A DNA stretch of 63,676 nucleotides, counting the filler, from Octopus bimaculoides (taxonomy: Eukaryota), in assembly GCF_001194135.2 (NCBI RefSeq). It is 4 parts of 4 records of this genome, joined end to end, with 100 filler letters (N's around TTAATTAATTAA, not from the genome) between each part and the next. Parts side by side here need not be neighbours in the genome. Positions count along the whole stretch, not along the records: positions 1 to 29,493 come from NW_026412352.1; 3 more parts are not named here. The stretch is one strand, 5' to 3'. The number at the start of each line of letters is the position of its first letter. The first letter of the stretch is position 1. This document shows positions 1-13,134 of the stretch, piece by piece. The notes under the pieces were generated by a model that searched no databases, was not told the origin of the DNA, and saw nothing but the letters and a program-made list of their open reading frames with translations. Position numbers and translations under genes: made by a program.

Positions 1-147
1 TACATATATATATACACACACATATATGTATATACATATATATATATGTATATATATACATATTTATATATATACATATATATACATACATACATATATA
101 CATACATATATACATACATTATATATATATATATATATATATATACA
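1..147. repeat. (TA)n/(TACA)n microsatellite
   Basis: Direct reading. It is representative of dozens of (TA)n, (CA)n, (GA)n and (GATA)n tracts across the window, most N gaps being flanked by them. Confidence 0.98.
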
Positions 148-526
148 CGTCACTAAAGTACGTACTTGCATATGGACCATTCTGAAAGTCGAGCTGTAAC
201 ACTATTCTTTTGTTATCTAAGTAACAGAGATGGAGCTTCGTTTCTTACTGAGAATCCAAGACCTTCTTGAGAGGAAGGTGAACTTAACACCGCCTCCCTC
301 GGTGAAGATCAAACAGCATGGGAAACAGCCGAGCTGCTATTCGTTCAGTCTCTTCCGGAGAGAGAGATCCACTTTATAGAGACGGTTTATTTTACACACC
401 GGTGTTAAATGGGTGTTTATTAAATACGCGTATGTAAATTTATTTACTACACATACTCAAACATGCTGTTTCAGTGCGTAGCATGTAAATACATACGCAC
501 ACATATATATGCATGTGTGTATATAT

Positions 527-538
527 TATTATTATTAT

Positions 539-618
<80 letters not shown>
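527..618. repeat. (TAT)n-(TAG)n trinucleotide microsatellite
   Basis: Direct reading; explains the poly-V and poly-S ORFs at 463-731. Confidence 0.98.
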
Positions 619-702
619 ATCAGTACAAGTTACAGAGTGACTTATGTGTCGAGAGTTTAGTGCGCTGGCGCTTTTCAAACTGGTTTGAAATCATGGGGAT
701 AA

Positions 703-818
703 GTGGAGCTTTAGGTGTTTTCGCTCAATAAATACCCACAACGCCTGGCCTGGAGATCGAAACCGCGACCCTCCGACCGCGAGTCCACTGCCCTAACCAC
801 TGGGCCATTGCGCCTCCA
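703..818 (-). mobile_element. tRNA-derived SINE family C, 5' head only
   Basis: Reverse complement GGAGGCGCAATGGCCCAGTGGTTAGGGCAGTGGACTCGCGG...GGTTTCGATCTCC has A and B boxes and matches the longer copy at 42645-43020. Confidence 0.85.
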
Positions 819-821
819 TTT

Positions 822-1068
822 GCACCCTTTCGAAGCCTAGCCAGGCTCATGGGCCCGGTTTCTCGGTTTCAGTGGCGTACGTGTTCCCCAGCTGGACGGG
901 ACGCCGGTCCATCGCAGTGTTACTCATTTTTGCCAGCTGAGTGGACTGGAGCAACGGGAAATGAAGTGTTTTGCTCAAGAACACAACGCGTTGGCCGGTC
1001 CAGGAATCGAAACCACAATCTTACAATCATGATGCTGACACCTTAACCACTTGGCCACGCGCCTCCAC
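822..1068 (-). mobile_element. tRNA-derived SINE (family D) with CORE-like segment and V/Meta-domain-like central region
   Basis: tRNA-like head GGAGGCGCGTGGCCAAGTGG...GGTTTCGATTCC, then TGTTCTTGAGCAAAACACTT, then CTGCGATGGACCGGCGTCCCGTCCAG...GAAACCGGG, which resembles the V/Meta SINE domain as I recall it. Confidence 0.75.
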
Positions 1069-1487
1069 ATTTATACGTATATACATACAAATATTTACAA
1101 ACATATACGCATAATTTGAGGTCTATTTGCCTATTTTCCAACTTGCATTGCCAAACTTATGTACTTTATTTAATACGAATTTTAACTTAGTTTCAAGCCT
1201 TAGCGAGTGTCATCGCCTGATGATCGCTGTGTCATGAATTCAGATAACATAAACTGTAACACTTGTTGATTTTTGATAAGGTCATCACGCAAGGATAATA
1301 AATTTGTTTCAGCACGTGAATTCACATGAAGAATCTTGCAAATGAAATACAAAGTGAAACCAAACTATAATACGGATTAAGTAATCACTCCCTCATTTGC
1401 TGGCATAAATTAACGTTTAAGCACACTGTGTCTAACTATTTATATATGCGTGTGTGTATACATATGTATACACACACACACACACAG

Positions 1488-1540
<53 letters not shown>

Positions 1541-1685
1541 NNNNNNNNNNNNNNNNNNNNNNNNNNNNNNNNNNNNNNNNNNNNNNNNNNNNNNNNNNNN
1601 NNNNNNNNNNNNNNNNNNNNNNNNNNNNNNNNNNNNNNNNNNNNNNNNNNNNNNNNNNNNNNNNNNNNNNNNNNNNNNNNNNNNN

Positions 1686-1741
<56 letters not shown>

Positions 1742-1906
1742 ATATGCAGTTGTACCGCGGGTGACTCATTTGCGAAAAAAAAAAAGATTGCGCTGGGAAT
1801 GTTTCGTTTCATTTATTATTAGTCAACCAGTTGAGTAATTAATGAATTAAGTAATCGACTACTTGGTTAATTAATTAACTAACTGACTAATCATCATAAT
1901 AATAGT

Positions 1907-2110
1907 TTTGACACAAGGCCAGCAGTTTCGGGAGAAGTGTGTAAGTCGATTACATGGACACCAGTATTTCACTGGTACTTGTTTAATCGGGTACAATCGG
2001 AAGAAAGGCAAAGTCGACCCCAGCGGCATTTGAACTCAGAATGTAAAGACAGACGAAATACCGCCAAAGTATTTCGCCCAGCCTGCTACCGATTCTGCCA
2101 GCTCGCTGCC
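1907..2110 (-). mobile_element. SINE family A
   Basis: Head GGCAGCGAGCTGGCAGAATCGGTAGC and B-box GAGTTCAAAT; matches more than 10 other copies in the window. Confidence 0.9.
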
Positions 2111-2284
2111 TTAACAAGAACAACAACAAAAACGACGACGAGGACGACCATGGAAACTAAACTGCTCGTTTTAATTGGTGCACTGGCCCTCGTTTCCCAA
2201 GATGCAATAACAGATGTTTAAAGACAAGTGATATAGCAAAAATCTTGTAAAACAAACGCAAAAGCGAAATGTGTTTGGATGCGC

Positions 2285-2330
<46 letters not shown>

Positions 2331-2858
2331 TTATTATATACCGTCGCACAATCTACTCTATGATAGGAATCTTAACTTGATCGAAGGCAATATTTGTATC
2401 AGTGATATTATTATAAGCGTAGGTATGTAGTTGTAGTTGTAGCAGTAGTAGTAGAAGTAGTAGCAGCAGTAGTAGCAGTAGTAGTAGTAGTTGTTGTTAT
2501 TGTTGTTGACGCTGTTGTTGTTCCAGTGATTGATATCAAGATAACTATAGATTAGCCACCATGAAGAACTCTAGCGATCTCATAAACATCGAGAATATGT
2601 GTGATGTTATCAGCGAAAGATATGAGTCTAAATGGTAATAAAGTTTGAGGCATTGCTGCCAACTATGCAAACGGGACTGCAATTATGTGGTTATTTTAAA
2701 ACCTGTGAAGATACATACAGATGCATGCAATACAGTGGTTAGGAGCCTCGTGTTTCACCTAGACGGCCCGGGTTCAATCTCAACCTAGAGAACGCTATAA
2801 TTTTCGACGCAGGCATTTTGTAGTGAAGAAGTTCGGTTTGCAGCCGCTATACATTATA

Positions 2859-3021
2859 GGTGCAGGAGTGGCTGTGTGGTAAGTAGCATGCTACCAACTA
2901 CATGGTTCTGGGTTCAGTTCCACTGCGTGACACCCTTGGGCAAGTGTCTTCTACTATAGCCTCAGGCCAACCAAAGCCTTGTGAGTGGATTTGGTAGACT
3001 GAGACTGAAAGAAGCCCGTCG
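2859..3021 (+). mobile_element. SINE family B, 5' half ending in (TA)n
   Basis: GGTGCAGGAGTGGCTGTGTGGTAAG head and CORE-like CCTTGGGCAAGTGTCTTCTAC; matches the full copy at 24550-25029. Confidence 0.9.
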
Positions 3022-3055
<34 letters not shown>

Positions 3056-3165
3056 ATATAGGATATCTAAGAGATACCGCCACGCTGNNNNNNNNNNGTG
3101 TTTGTATTCCCACCTGGGTTCTCATTCGTAAGGTATTTTTCGATGTTATTATTATTATTATTATT

Positions 3166-3241
3166 CAGGTCACTGCCTGGAACCGAACTCGGAATCTTGG
3201 GGTTAGTAGCCCGCACTCTTAACCACTATGCTATATGCCCG
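3166..3241 (-). mobile_element. tRNA-like SINE head or tRNA pseudogene followed by (AAT)n
   Basis: GGGCATATAGCATAGTGGTTAAG...GGG CTACTAA CCC...GAGTTCGGTTCC has A box, anticodon-like arm and B box, but no proper acceptor stem. Confidence 0.65.
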
Positions 3242-4078
3242 TCAAGTGTAAATAATGTACATAATTCCTCGTCTCTTAAATATAGAACAGATTTTTTTTT
3301 ATTCAACACCACTCCAATTATTTCATGTGACTGCGTGTGTGTGTGTATGTGTGTGAGTGTGTGTGTGTATGTGTTGTGTGTATGTGTATCTATGTGTTTA
3401 TGTGTGCCTATGTCCCCACCGCCACATCAAAACCATTGTTTTATTTACAATCTCGAAACTTTCGGGAAGAAGCGTCCGAAAGAATAAACATGAGTTCGAT
3501 TTTTTGACCATATCTTTCAAGATGGTACTTCAACATCATCTCCGCTTTTAGGGGACGTATCATAATTACCAAGGGGACAACGACAAATTATCTCAAATAT
3601 CAGGATTTCCCCGAAACTGCCATACCTTGAATTTAAAATGGACGGGCTTATTGTCCGTAGATAAGAGGACAGTTGAGGACATGTGTTCTTGACTCAATAG
3701 ATTTCATCAACGTGGCAGTTGTCCCAAATTGTCTCCAGTGGCCAGAAGACTTGGACTTATTACAAAAAAAAAAAAAAAGAGTTGGAAACAATTATGAGCT
3801 GGGTAACTTGAATAATTTAAACAAATACTAACGAAGGGAAATAAGTCGAAATGACCTGTGACATGGACTTGAATAATAGAGACAAAAACTTCCATGTCAA
3901 ATCTCAGTTGACGCAGCGGATTTGTCTATCTATCTATCTATCTATCTGTCTATCTGTCTGTCTGTCTGTCTACTTGTCTGTCTGTCTGTCTGTCTACTTG
4001 TCTGTCTGTCTGTCTGTCTCTCTCTGTATATATATAATATTTATATATATATTATTTATATTATATATAATGTACGTG

Positions 4079-4129
<51 letters not shown>

Positions 4130-4583
4130 ATATATATAGAGAGAGACAGAGAGAACTCGTAAATCTGTCAAGTTTTTGCAAACAATACATAATTGTATGG
4201 ATGTTATTGCAAGAATGAATGTAGATGTATAGCTAGATAAATAGGTCTGTTTCTTGTGTGTCAGTGTGTATGTATGTGTGTGTGTATGTGTGTGTGTGTG
4301 TGTGTGTTCGTCCGTGAGTTTGAGTGCACGTTTTTGCGTGTGTATTTAGCTCATTCTTCCATAAAGAACTTAATGAAATTGTTAAGTCATATACGGGTGA
4401 CACGCATACACATATAGCCAATAAATAAGCATATATGTATACACACACACACACACACACACACACCCACACACACCCACACACAACCAAACAATCAAGG
4501 TAAGAAACAAATATAAAATCATTGTCACTTATGAGTTTGTATGTAACATACTATATATACATAGACCCCCAAATACTACAACA

Positions 4584-4624
<41 letters not shown>

Positions 4625-4629
4625 ACCCC

Positions 4630-4661
<32 letters not shown>

Positions 4662-4679
4662 CATATATGCATGTATGTG

Positions 4680-4725
<46 letters not shown>

Positions 4726-4772
4726 CATATACATGTATATATATATATATATATGCATATATATATATATGT

Positions 4773-4807
<35 letters not shown>

Positions 4808-5385
4808 TCGTCCTTAGTCGAAAGACACATGTTGTTATGTCCTGTTATTTGTATTTGTGTAACTTTCTCCGTTTTCTCCGTCCTTGTTTTCGTATTCATT
4901 CGCTGCTTTCTTCCAAGGAATCTGATGCTCATAGCTTAGTTTTTCCTTGGTGCTGGCCAGATTGAAGGAATCTCGAGCATAATAAGCCGAAATTGCAGAG
5001 ATAATCTGGAACTCGACTGAGGAAAGAAAACTTCGAATGACTCGTGCTTGTTTTCTTTGTATCGTCTATGTGGATGTCTTGTTGTCCCTTTCTTGTATCA
5101 CCCAACTGTCTGGATGTTTTGCGTTCTTGCTCCATTTTGTATTTATTTATATATATTCCAAAATGTAACAACACGTGGACTGTTGGCGATTTCTTTTCCT
5201 CCTTCTTCCATTTCCTTTAGACCTCCCTATGTTTCCTGTTTCCGAAGAAGAGTATTGCTCGAAACGTAAAACAACCACTCTCTTACTTCTCTGAGTGTCT
5301 TATTAATATTTTGCATGGTGCTACGTCCTAACGTCGTTGTGTTTCTTTTTTTCTTTTTTCGTATTTTTCTCCGCTTTTTGAATTA
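4808..5385 (+). mobile_element. T-rich Penelope-like/non-autonomous retroelement between (TA)n tracts, with hammerhead-like motif
   Basis: T-rich unit flanked by (TA)n on both sides; contains GAAGAG...CTCGAAACGTAAA shared with the 12504-12718 and 19228-19390 elements. Confidence 0.55.
5237..5273 (+). ncRNA. Minimal type I hammerhead ribozyme-like motif (copy 1)
   Basis: TGTTT-CCGAAGA-A-GAG(TATTG)CTC-GAAA-C-GTA-AAACA: stem I 5 bp, core with U4C, stem II 3 bp, ACGU stem III, GUA cleavage triplet. Confidence 0.55.
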
Positions 5386-5387
5386 CT

Positions 5388-5422
<35 letters not shown>

Positions 5423-5884
5423 GTGTATGTGTATATACATAGGTATACATATGTGTATATATATATATCCTAAATATGATATAATTATATTTATACAAGA
5501 ACGTGTAGGTGCATGCGTAAATACATCGTATATACTAATACACACACACTCACACATATTTTAGGGAACAATCAAGTCATTCAAACATATGCACAATTTT
5601 GCGCGCGTGTGTATACACATACACACACACACACACATATATATCTTTGTGTGTGCGGTGGGGTATATGTATGCATGTCTGCGTATATGTATGCAGAGAC
5701 ATACACACAGATGTAAATACATATTCACATGATATATTATATAAACGTATTTATATAAAGCACAATACAAACGCATTATAAAGAAAAACATGGACGTATG
5801 TGTGTATATTTATATACATATACCTATATGAATATTTACCCACCGCCCTGCCCGACCTAACACTTACGCAAACGCACGAAAGAG

Positions 5885-5925
<41 letters not shown>

Positions 5926-6310
5926 ATATATATACACACAATTTTTGTACAGAATACTCTTTTCTTTCTGTAAAATGTTTTCCCAGTTGACAGATTAAGG
6001 AGCGCAAAGTCCCCCAACCACCTCCACCCACAACGCTACCGTCAGTAACCACTATTGGCTGATATATTTGAATTACACGCACGTACACACACACACACAC
6101 ACACATCTCATCTACACTGAAGCGTCTCACGGTATTCTATACGTTTACACACGCATACGCGCACATAGGCACATACATAGAAATAGTATCTATCTATCAA
6201 TCAATCTATCTATCTTAGATATGTGTGTGTGTGTATGTGTGTTCGTATGTGTGTGTGTGTATGTGTGTTCGTATATGTGTGTATATATATATATATATTT
6301 TCCAAGTGGT

Positions 6311-6354
<44 letters not shown>

Positions 6355-6405
6355 NNNNNNNNNNNNNNNNNNNNNNNNNNNNNNNNNNNNNNNNNNNNNN
6401 NNNNN

Positions 6406-6449
<44 letters not shown>

Positions 6450-6875
6450 GGGCACAAATACATACTCAAAATATGGTACGGGCATATATCTACATATCTA
6501 CAAATGTCTATCTGTCTGTCTCACTGTCTCTCTTAGATATATATATATATCTACTCATGTAAGTATGTGCGTATTACATATACATGCGTCTCTCTCTCTC
6601 TCTCTCTCTATCTATCTTTGTTTATAAATATATATATTAGAGAGAGAGTGCGAGAGAGAGAGATGAATATATGTGTATACACGTGTGTGTATACATGTGT
6701 GTGTGTGTGTGTGTGTATGTGTGTAATGTCCTCTTTACAAATACCTTCATTCTTTTCGTTTTTTCGTCCTTTCTTTTCTTTCACCATTCTTTAATATCAG
6801 CAATTCAGTTAACCGTAGCAGTGTTTAAATCGAAATTCATTCTTTATAGCTCATATGTTAAATCATTCGGATGAC

Positions 6876-6987
<112 letters not shown>

Positions 6988-7119
6988 CATTCACACCACA
7001 TACACACATACATTCACGGATCAGTTGCTTTCAATGTGTACAATGAGATGAAATAATATCGCCAAAGATATCTATATAGTCGCATGTGCTTTATAAATAC
7101 ATACATAAGCATAGACACA

Positions 7120-7164
<45 letters not shown>

Positions 7165-7323
7165 ACACACAAACACATCCTCACACACACACTCACACTC
7201 AGATACACGCACATACATAGACACACATACCATACACAAAAACAGACAGATATGTGCACGCATGTGAATGCGTAGCGATACATAAATATATATATCTGTC
7301 TTTCTATCCATTTACCTAGCTCT

Positions 7324-7355
<32 letters not shown>

Positions 7356-7515
7356 GCACACACATACATACATTTACACACACAGACATGAATGTTTTCT
7401 ATGTATATATTTCCACTACTGTTGTCTTCTTTTACTTTTCTTTTTTTCTTCATCATCATCCTCATCCTCATATCCTCTCCCTCCACCCACTCCTCTTCTG
7501 TTTTCCCTTTTCTTG

Positions 7516-7550
<35 letters not shown>

Positions 7551-7560
7551 NNNNNNNNNN

Positions 7561-7605
<45 letters not shown>

Positions 7606-8514
7606 TCCTCGTCTTCCTCTTTCGCTCACTTTTATACCACGGTCGTCTGCGTCTTCCAATTGTTAACCAATATAATCATATGTTTCAACAATGGCCCACC
7701 GCTCTAATAATAATAACATTAATAACAACAACAATAATAATGATAATAATAATAACAGCAACAACAGCAACAATAACAACAACAACAATAATAATATCAT
7801 AAAAATAACAACAACAACAATGGTGAAACTAGCAATAATAGTGTCCACAATGGCTGTTTGATAGTCATTGGTTGGCCATCTCTAATGGTTTGCCCTCTAA
7901 CAATCTCCTCTATACAATGGTTTCCACTATAATCGTTTTTTCTGACTACAACAGACGGTTAATTCTTAGCTATTTGCTCCCTTTTAACGGCCCCATCTTT
8001 GGTGGTCGTCATTTTCATACTTTGACTCATAAAAGGAACCTCTGCTTATATAATCGCCTGACCTCTACTTGCCCATTGAACACGGGGAAGGGCAGGCTGC
8101 ATGCATGCATGTATGTATGTATGTATGCATGGATGCATGCATATGTGTTTGTATATGTGCATGTATGTGAGCGTGTGTGTGTGTGTGTGTTGTGTGTGTA
8201 TCTTAGTGTATCTTATCAATAATTGCCACACATTCCTGTATGTGTGTATGTGTGTGTGTGTGAGAGAGAGAGAAAGGGACAGATATAAAGATAGATAAAG
8301 AAATAAATAGATAGATTACGGGTTTGTGCGTTATTGCCAGGTATGTATGTATATATGAATGTATGTATATGTGTGTATATATGCATATATATATATATAT
8401 ATATGCATACATATATAAGCATATATATGTATGTATGTATGTATGTATATATAGAGAGAGACACACACACACATATATGTATGTATATGTGTATATATGA
8501 AGAGAGAGAAAGAG

Positions 8515-8690
8515 AATGGACTTCTACACAGTTTTCGGTGACGAAATTCATTCAGAAGGCATTTGGTCGACTCGTGTCTCGCGCAGGAGACACCTCCCCA
8601 CGGTGCTGCGGAGTGAGGCTGATCCCGAAACCGAGCAGTTTCCAGGGTGACTTTTTAACTAGATAGCCAAACCTACGTTTATACCTACAT
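8515..8690 (-). mobile_element. Diverged SINE family B-related 5' half
   Basis: Colinear similarity to the B head and CORE-like region. Confidence 0.6.
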
Positions 8691-8738
8691 AAACGTGGAT
8701 ATATGAGTGTGTGAAATATATATATATATATATATATG

Positions 8739-8842
<104 letters not shown>

Positions 8843-9095
8843 ATGTCTAGTACTACTCTTCCTCTCCTTCTCTCCCTTTCACCTTGTCTGTCTCTTCCTC
8901 CGTCTCTCTTTCTCTCTCTCTCTGCTTGTTATACATACATATATATATATACATACATACACACACATATATATATATATGTATATAAATATATATACAT
9001 ATATATAGATAAATACATGAACATTATATGTTCATGTTTTTATCTATGTATACATGAATATATGTTTATGAATACATATATATATATGCATACAT

Positions 9096-9128
<33 letters not shown>

Positions 9129-10783
9129 GCATGTATGTACATATGTATATGTATGAATGCATGTATGTATATATATATATATGTGTGTGTGTATACAGAT
9201 ACAAAGAGAGAGATTCACACACACACACACACACACTTATATACACAATCCCCAATGCTCCTCTCTAAGTTATCAACTTTCTACCACATTTATTCTCTGC
9301 AGGTTTATTCGCCGAAATCAACAGTTTTAATGTTTCCCAACTAATTTACTTGGCTGCCAAATATTTCACAGTCTTTTCTTTCCTTCTCGTTTGTTTGTTT
9401 GTTTGTTTTTCCCCCTTTTCTTTTTCATTATTTTGTTTTTATTCTTCTTTCAAGAATTGTTCTCCATTGCTGCTGTCCATTCTTCGGTGCTGCCTTAATG
9501 TATAATATAATCCCGACTGCTGCTGCTGCCGCCGCCGCCGCTGCCGCCGTCGACGAAACTATCGCTGCCGTCGCTGTTGCTTCTATAAATGGCGGCCATC
9601 TTCAATGTTCACTCAATACTTGTCTGTAGTTTTGTTATGTTTACCAAAGTACAAAGCGAAATTTAATAATATAACGTCATTATACCATCGTTCCGCTTAT
9701 TTCTGCAAGTTTGATCTGTATTGATTAGTTCTTCTTAAGTAGCAATTCCCATGCAATTTAAAGCCATCAATTTCTGCTCTCTGGCAATAGCTATTATTTA
9801 CTGTCTCTTCTATATGGTTAACATCACTTAATAACAATATCCCGATACTTATCTCCCTCTCATTGCACACATTTACTCATGCACCACACTCGACTGCAAT
9901 CTTCAACGTTCACAAAGCACTTAACAGTTCTTATTTAGTATTTTTCCCCTTTATAATTTTTAAATTAAAATGTTTAGAAATAATTCCATCTTTCTAGCTT
10001 TGTATAGTTATTCATTTATTTATTTATAACTGCTATCATATTAGTATTGTTGTTGCTTTTTGTGGAAGTTGTTGTTCTTGTTCTTTTATGAGAATTTCTG
10101 CTGCACCAAGATGAGCAACCCTCTGTTGCCGAGCCACGGTGCTTCATTGTATTCTGAGAATGTAAAACTGTGTTTGTAAAACTACTTCGGTTTTGCTTTG
10201 TTGTGTGCGTTTCGTTTGTTTTTACTCCTGTCTAGGTTTTGTTTAATTCCGTGGGGTAGAGCGAAAAACAATCCCACTACATCAGTTTCGTTTTGTTGTT
10301 TGGATTTCGTTTATCGTTCCTCCTGTCTAGTTTTCGTTTAGTTCAGTGGGGGTAGAGCGAAAAACAATCCTATAACCCTTTGCAAACACGTCTGCAGAAT
10401 AAAGAAGACGAAGAAAATGCCTGACAATAGCAGATTAAATGATAAATTGATAGATTACAATCTGATTTGTTTGGAAGTTGCAGTATTTAATAATCTTGTG
10501 TCGTTGTGGTAAAAGGAGAAGACATTCACTTGCTATTTGCTTAGATTTCAGCCACAATTCATAAATGTGGCGAAAGCCGACATCTTGCTGACAAAGACTT
10601 TCCTTTCAAAGCAACTATCAAACGATTTGGAATCTAAATTTACAAGATAACTTTGTACCTATATTAATACGATATACCCATATACCTAGATTATACATAT
10701 GTATAGTGTGTGTATATGTATACATATAGACGCACACACACATATATATAGGTGTATGCGATATATATATATATATATATATA

Positions 10784-10926
10784 GGTGCAGGTGTGGTTAA
10801 GAGGTTAAAGTACGCAATCATATAGTTTTTGGTTCGGTTCCACTACGCGATACTTCGCGCAAGTGTCTTCAACTATAGCCCCGGACTAATTAACACCTAT
10901 TGCGTAGATTTGGTAGACGATAACTG
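10784..10926 (+). mobile_element. SINE family B 5' half running into (TA)n and a gap
   Basis: GGTGCAGGTGTGG...GCAAGTGTCTTCAACTATAGCC...TAGATTTGGTAGACG. Confidence 0.8.
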
Positions 10927-10954
10927 TATATATATATATATATATGTACATATG

Positions 10955-11014
<60 letters not shown>

Positions 11015-11231
11015 NNNNNNNNNNNNNNNNNNNNNNNNNNNNNNNNNNNNNNNNNNNNNNNNNNNNNNNNNNNNNNNNNNNNNNNNNNNNNNNNNNNNNN
11101 NNNNNNNNNNNNNNNNNNNNNNNNNNNNNNNNNNNNNNNNNNNNNNNNNNNNNNNNNNNNNNNNNNNNNNNNNNNNNNNNNNNNNNNNNNNNNNNNNNNN
11201 NNNNNNNNNNNNNNNNNNNNNNNNNNNNNNN

Positions 11232-11294
<63 letters not shown>

Positions 11295-12393
11295 GTATGT
11301 ATGTATGTATGTACATATATATAAATGTATATGTATATATATATGTGTGTGCGTATGTGTGTAAATATATATGTATATGTATACATATACATTTACGTAT
11401 ATATATGTGTATGCATGTATGTATGTATATATATGTACGTATGTATGTGCGTCATTGTATGTCTATGTACTGTACCTTCACTTATGCGTCAGCCTTTGGC
11501 ACGAAATGAGACAAAAACAGACGTCTAATAAATTAAGTGATACAAAATCTTTATAAACAACTTCATTTGATACAAAACTTGAAATCTATTGATTTTTCAG
11601 ACATAAATACACAGACTCACATGTATATATAAACTTGTTACCGGTTCAAGTATGCTTGAGGCATTTTCAAGCTTGGTAAGCTCCATTTTGAGTATGCTGC
11701 TTGCTGTGGATTTTTCAACAGTTGTATGTACATTCTGTTATGCTCTCCATAAGCAAGAAAATAAGGGAGATCGTCGCACATGTCCCTGAGTTCGTTCAAC
11801 GTTCAAAGATATTCAGCAGATAATTGGATAATCGAAGCTACCAACAGAAAGTTCAATCAATAACTACGCGCGCGTGCACACACACACACACATACGAACA
11901 CACATAGACACAGACACAAACAAAAACACATACACACACATACAAATAGATAGATACATACATACATACATACATGCATGCATATATACATACCTACATA
12001 CATTCATATATATTCATACATATACATTCGTACGTACATACATATGCATTCATACATACGTACATACGTGCGTGCATACATACATAAATACATATGTTCG
12101 TACGCACGTACATACATACATAAATACATACATTCAAAAATCTAAATACACACAAATTATGTGTTTGTTTCTATGTCTTGGCGTTAGCGTGTGTACGTGT
12201 GTGTGTGATTGGGTGTGAATGTATGTTTTCGTGTTTGTACATACATGAATGCAGGCAAAAAGCTTCTCACCTAATAATACATTATGTAAGCAATATATAT
12301 GGACTTTATGAACCTATCAATACCGTCCTACCTACTTATCTCCCCTTTTTTCCTCTCTTTCTGTCGCTTTGTCTCTCTCCCTCAAACACACAC

Positions 12394-12442
<49 letters not shown>

Positions 12443-12503
12443 AATACATAGATGCACACATGCATATATACTTATGTATATATATATATATACATATATA
12501 TAT

Positions 12504-12715
12504 GGGAGAATGTACGAAAAAACAACAACAGACGAGGACAGGTGATGTAAACAACAAAAGGATGTATTAGTATGACGCTCAGGAATCCGGAAAGTCTTTT
12601 ACGTTTCGAGCTACGCTCTTCAACAGAAAGAATACGGAGACAAGGAGAAAATCACGGAGAAAAAAAATTGAATAGTGTTCGGTCAACGGTCAATCATAGT
12701 AATGGCTGACCGGAA

Positions 12716-12718
<3 letters not shown>
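12504..12718 (-). mobile_element. About 215-bp Penelope-like terminal-repeat element between (TA)n tracts
   Basis: Colinear with 19228-19390; contains the hammerhead-like motif. Confidence 0.6.
12595..12631 (-). ncRNA. Minimal type I hammerhead ribozyme-like motif (copy 2)
   Basis: TCTTT-CTGTTGA-A-GAG(CGTAG)CTC-GAAA-C-GTA-AAAGA; core has A6U. Confidence 0.55.
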
Positions 12719-12766
<48 letters not shown>

Positions 12767-13075
12767 AAATTTGAAAATAGGATAAAATCTTTAAGAATTT
12801 ATCAAGTAGTCAGCGTGAAAAACCTCATAAGGGAAAATTTTTTTATTATTCCCTTTAAATATATTTATTTATATTAAGGGCATTACTACACTCTTAAAGT
12901 CAAAACTACCATAATACACTATATTTATTATGGTAAAAAAAAAAGAAATATATATATACATTCATACACACATACATACATAAATAAATATACACATGCA
13001 TGTAAATGTAAATATACTCACATATGTACACACACATATATATATATAAATACATACACACGCGCACACGCACAC

Positions 13076-13134
<59 letters not shown>

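Noticed and set aside
225-285. Hammerhead-like CTCAAGAAGG...GAAACG on the minus strand
   Set aside because: No stem II closure or stem I pairing.
3166-3241. Functional tRNA gene
   Set aside because: The acceptor stem does not pair and it runs into an (AAT)n tail; it is better explained as a SINE head. The same applies to the other tRNA-like heads.
5022-5047. Fourth hammerhead (CTCGA-CTGAGGA-AAG AAAA CTT-CGAATGAC-TCGTG)
   Set aside because: The core is perfect, but GAAA and the UH cleavage site are missing and stem I is mismatched; not supportable without a family consensus.
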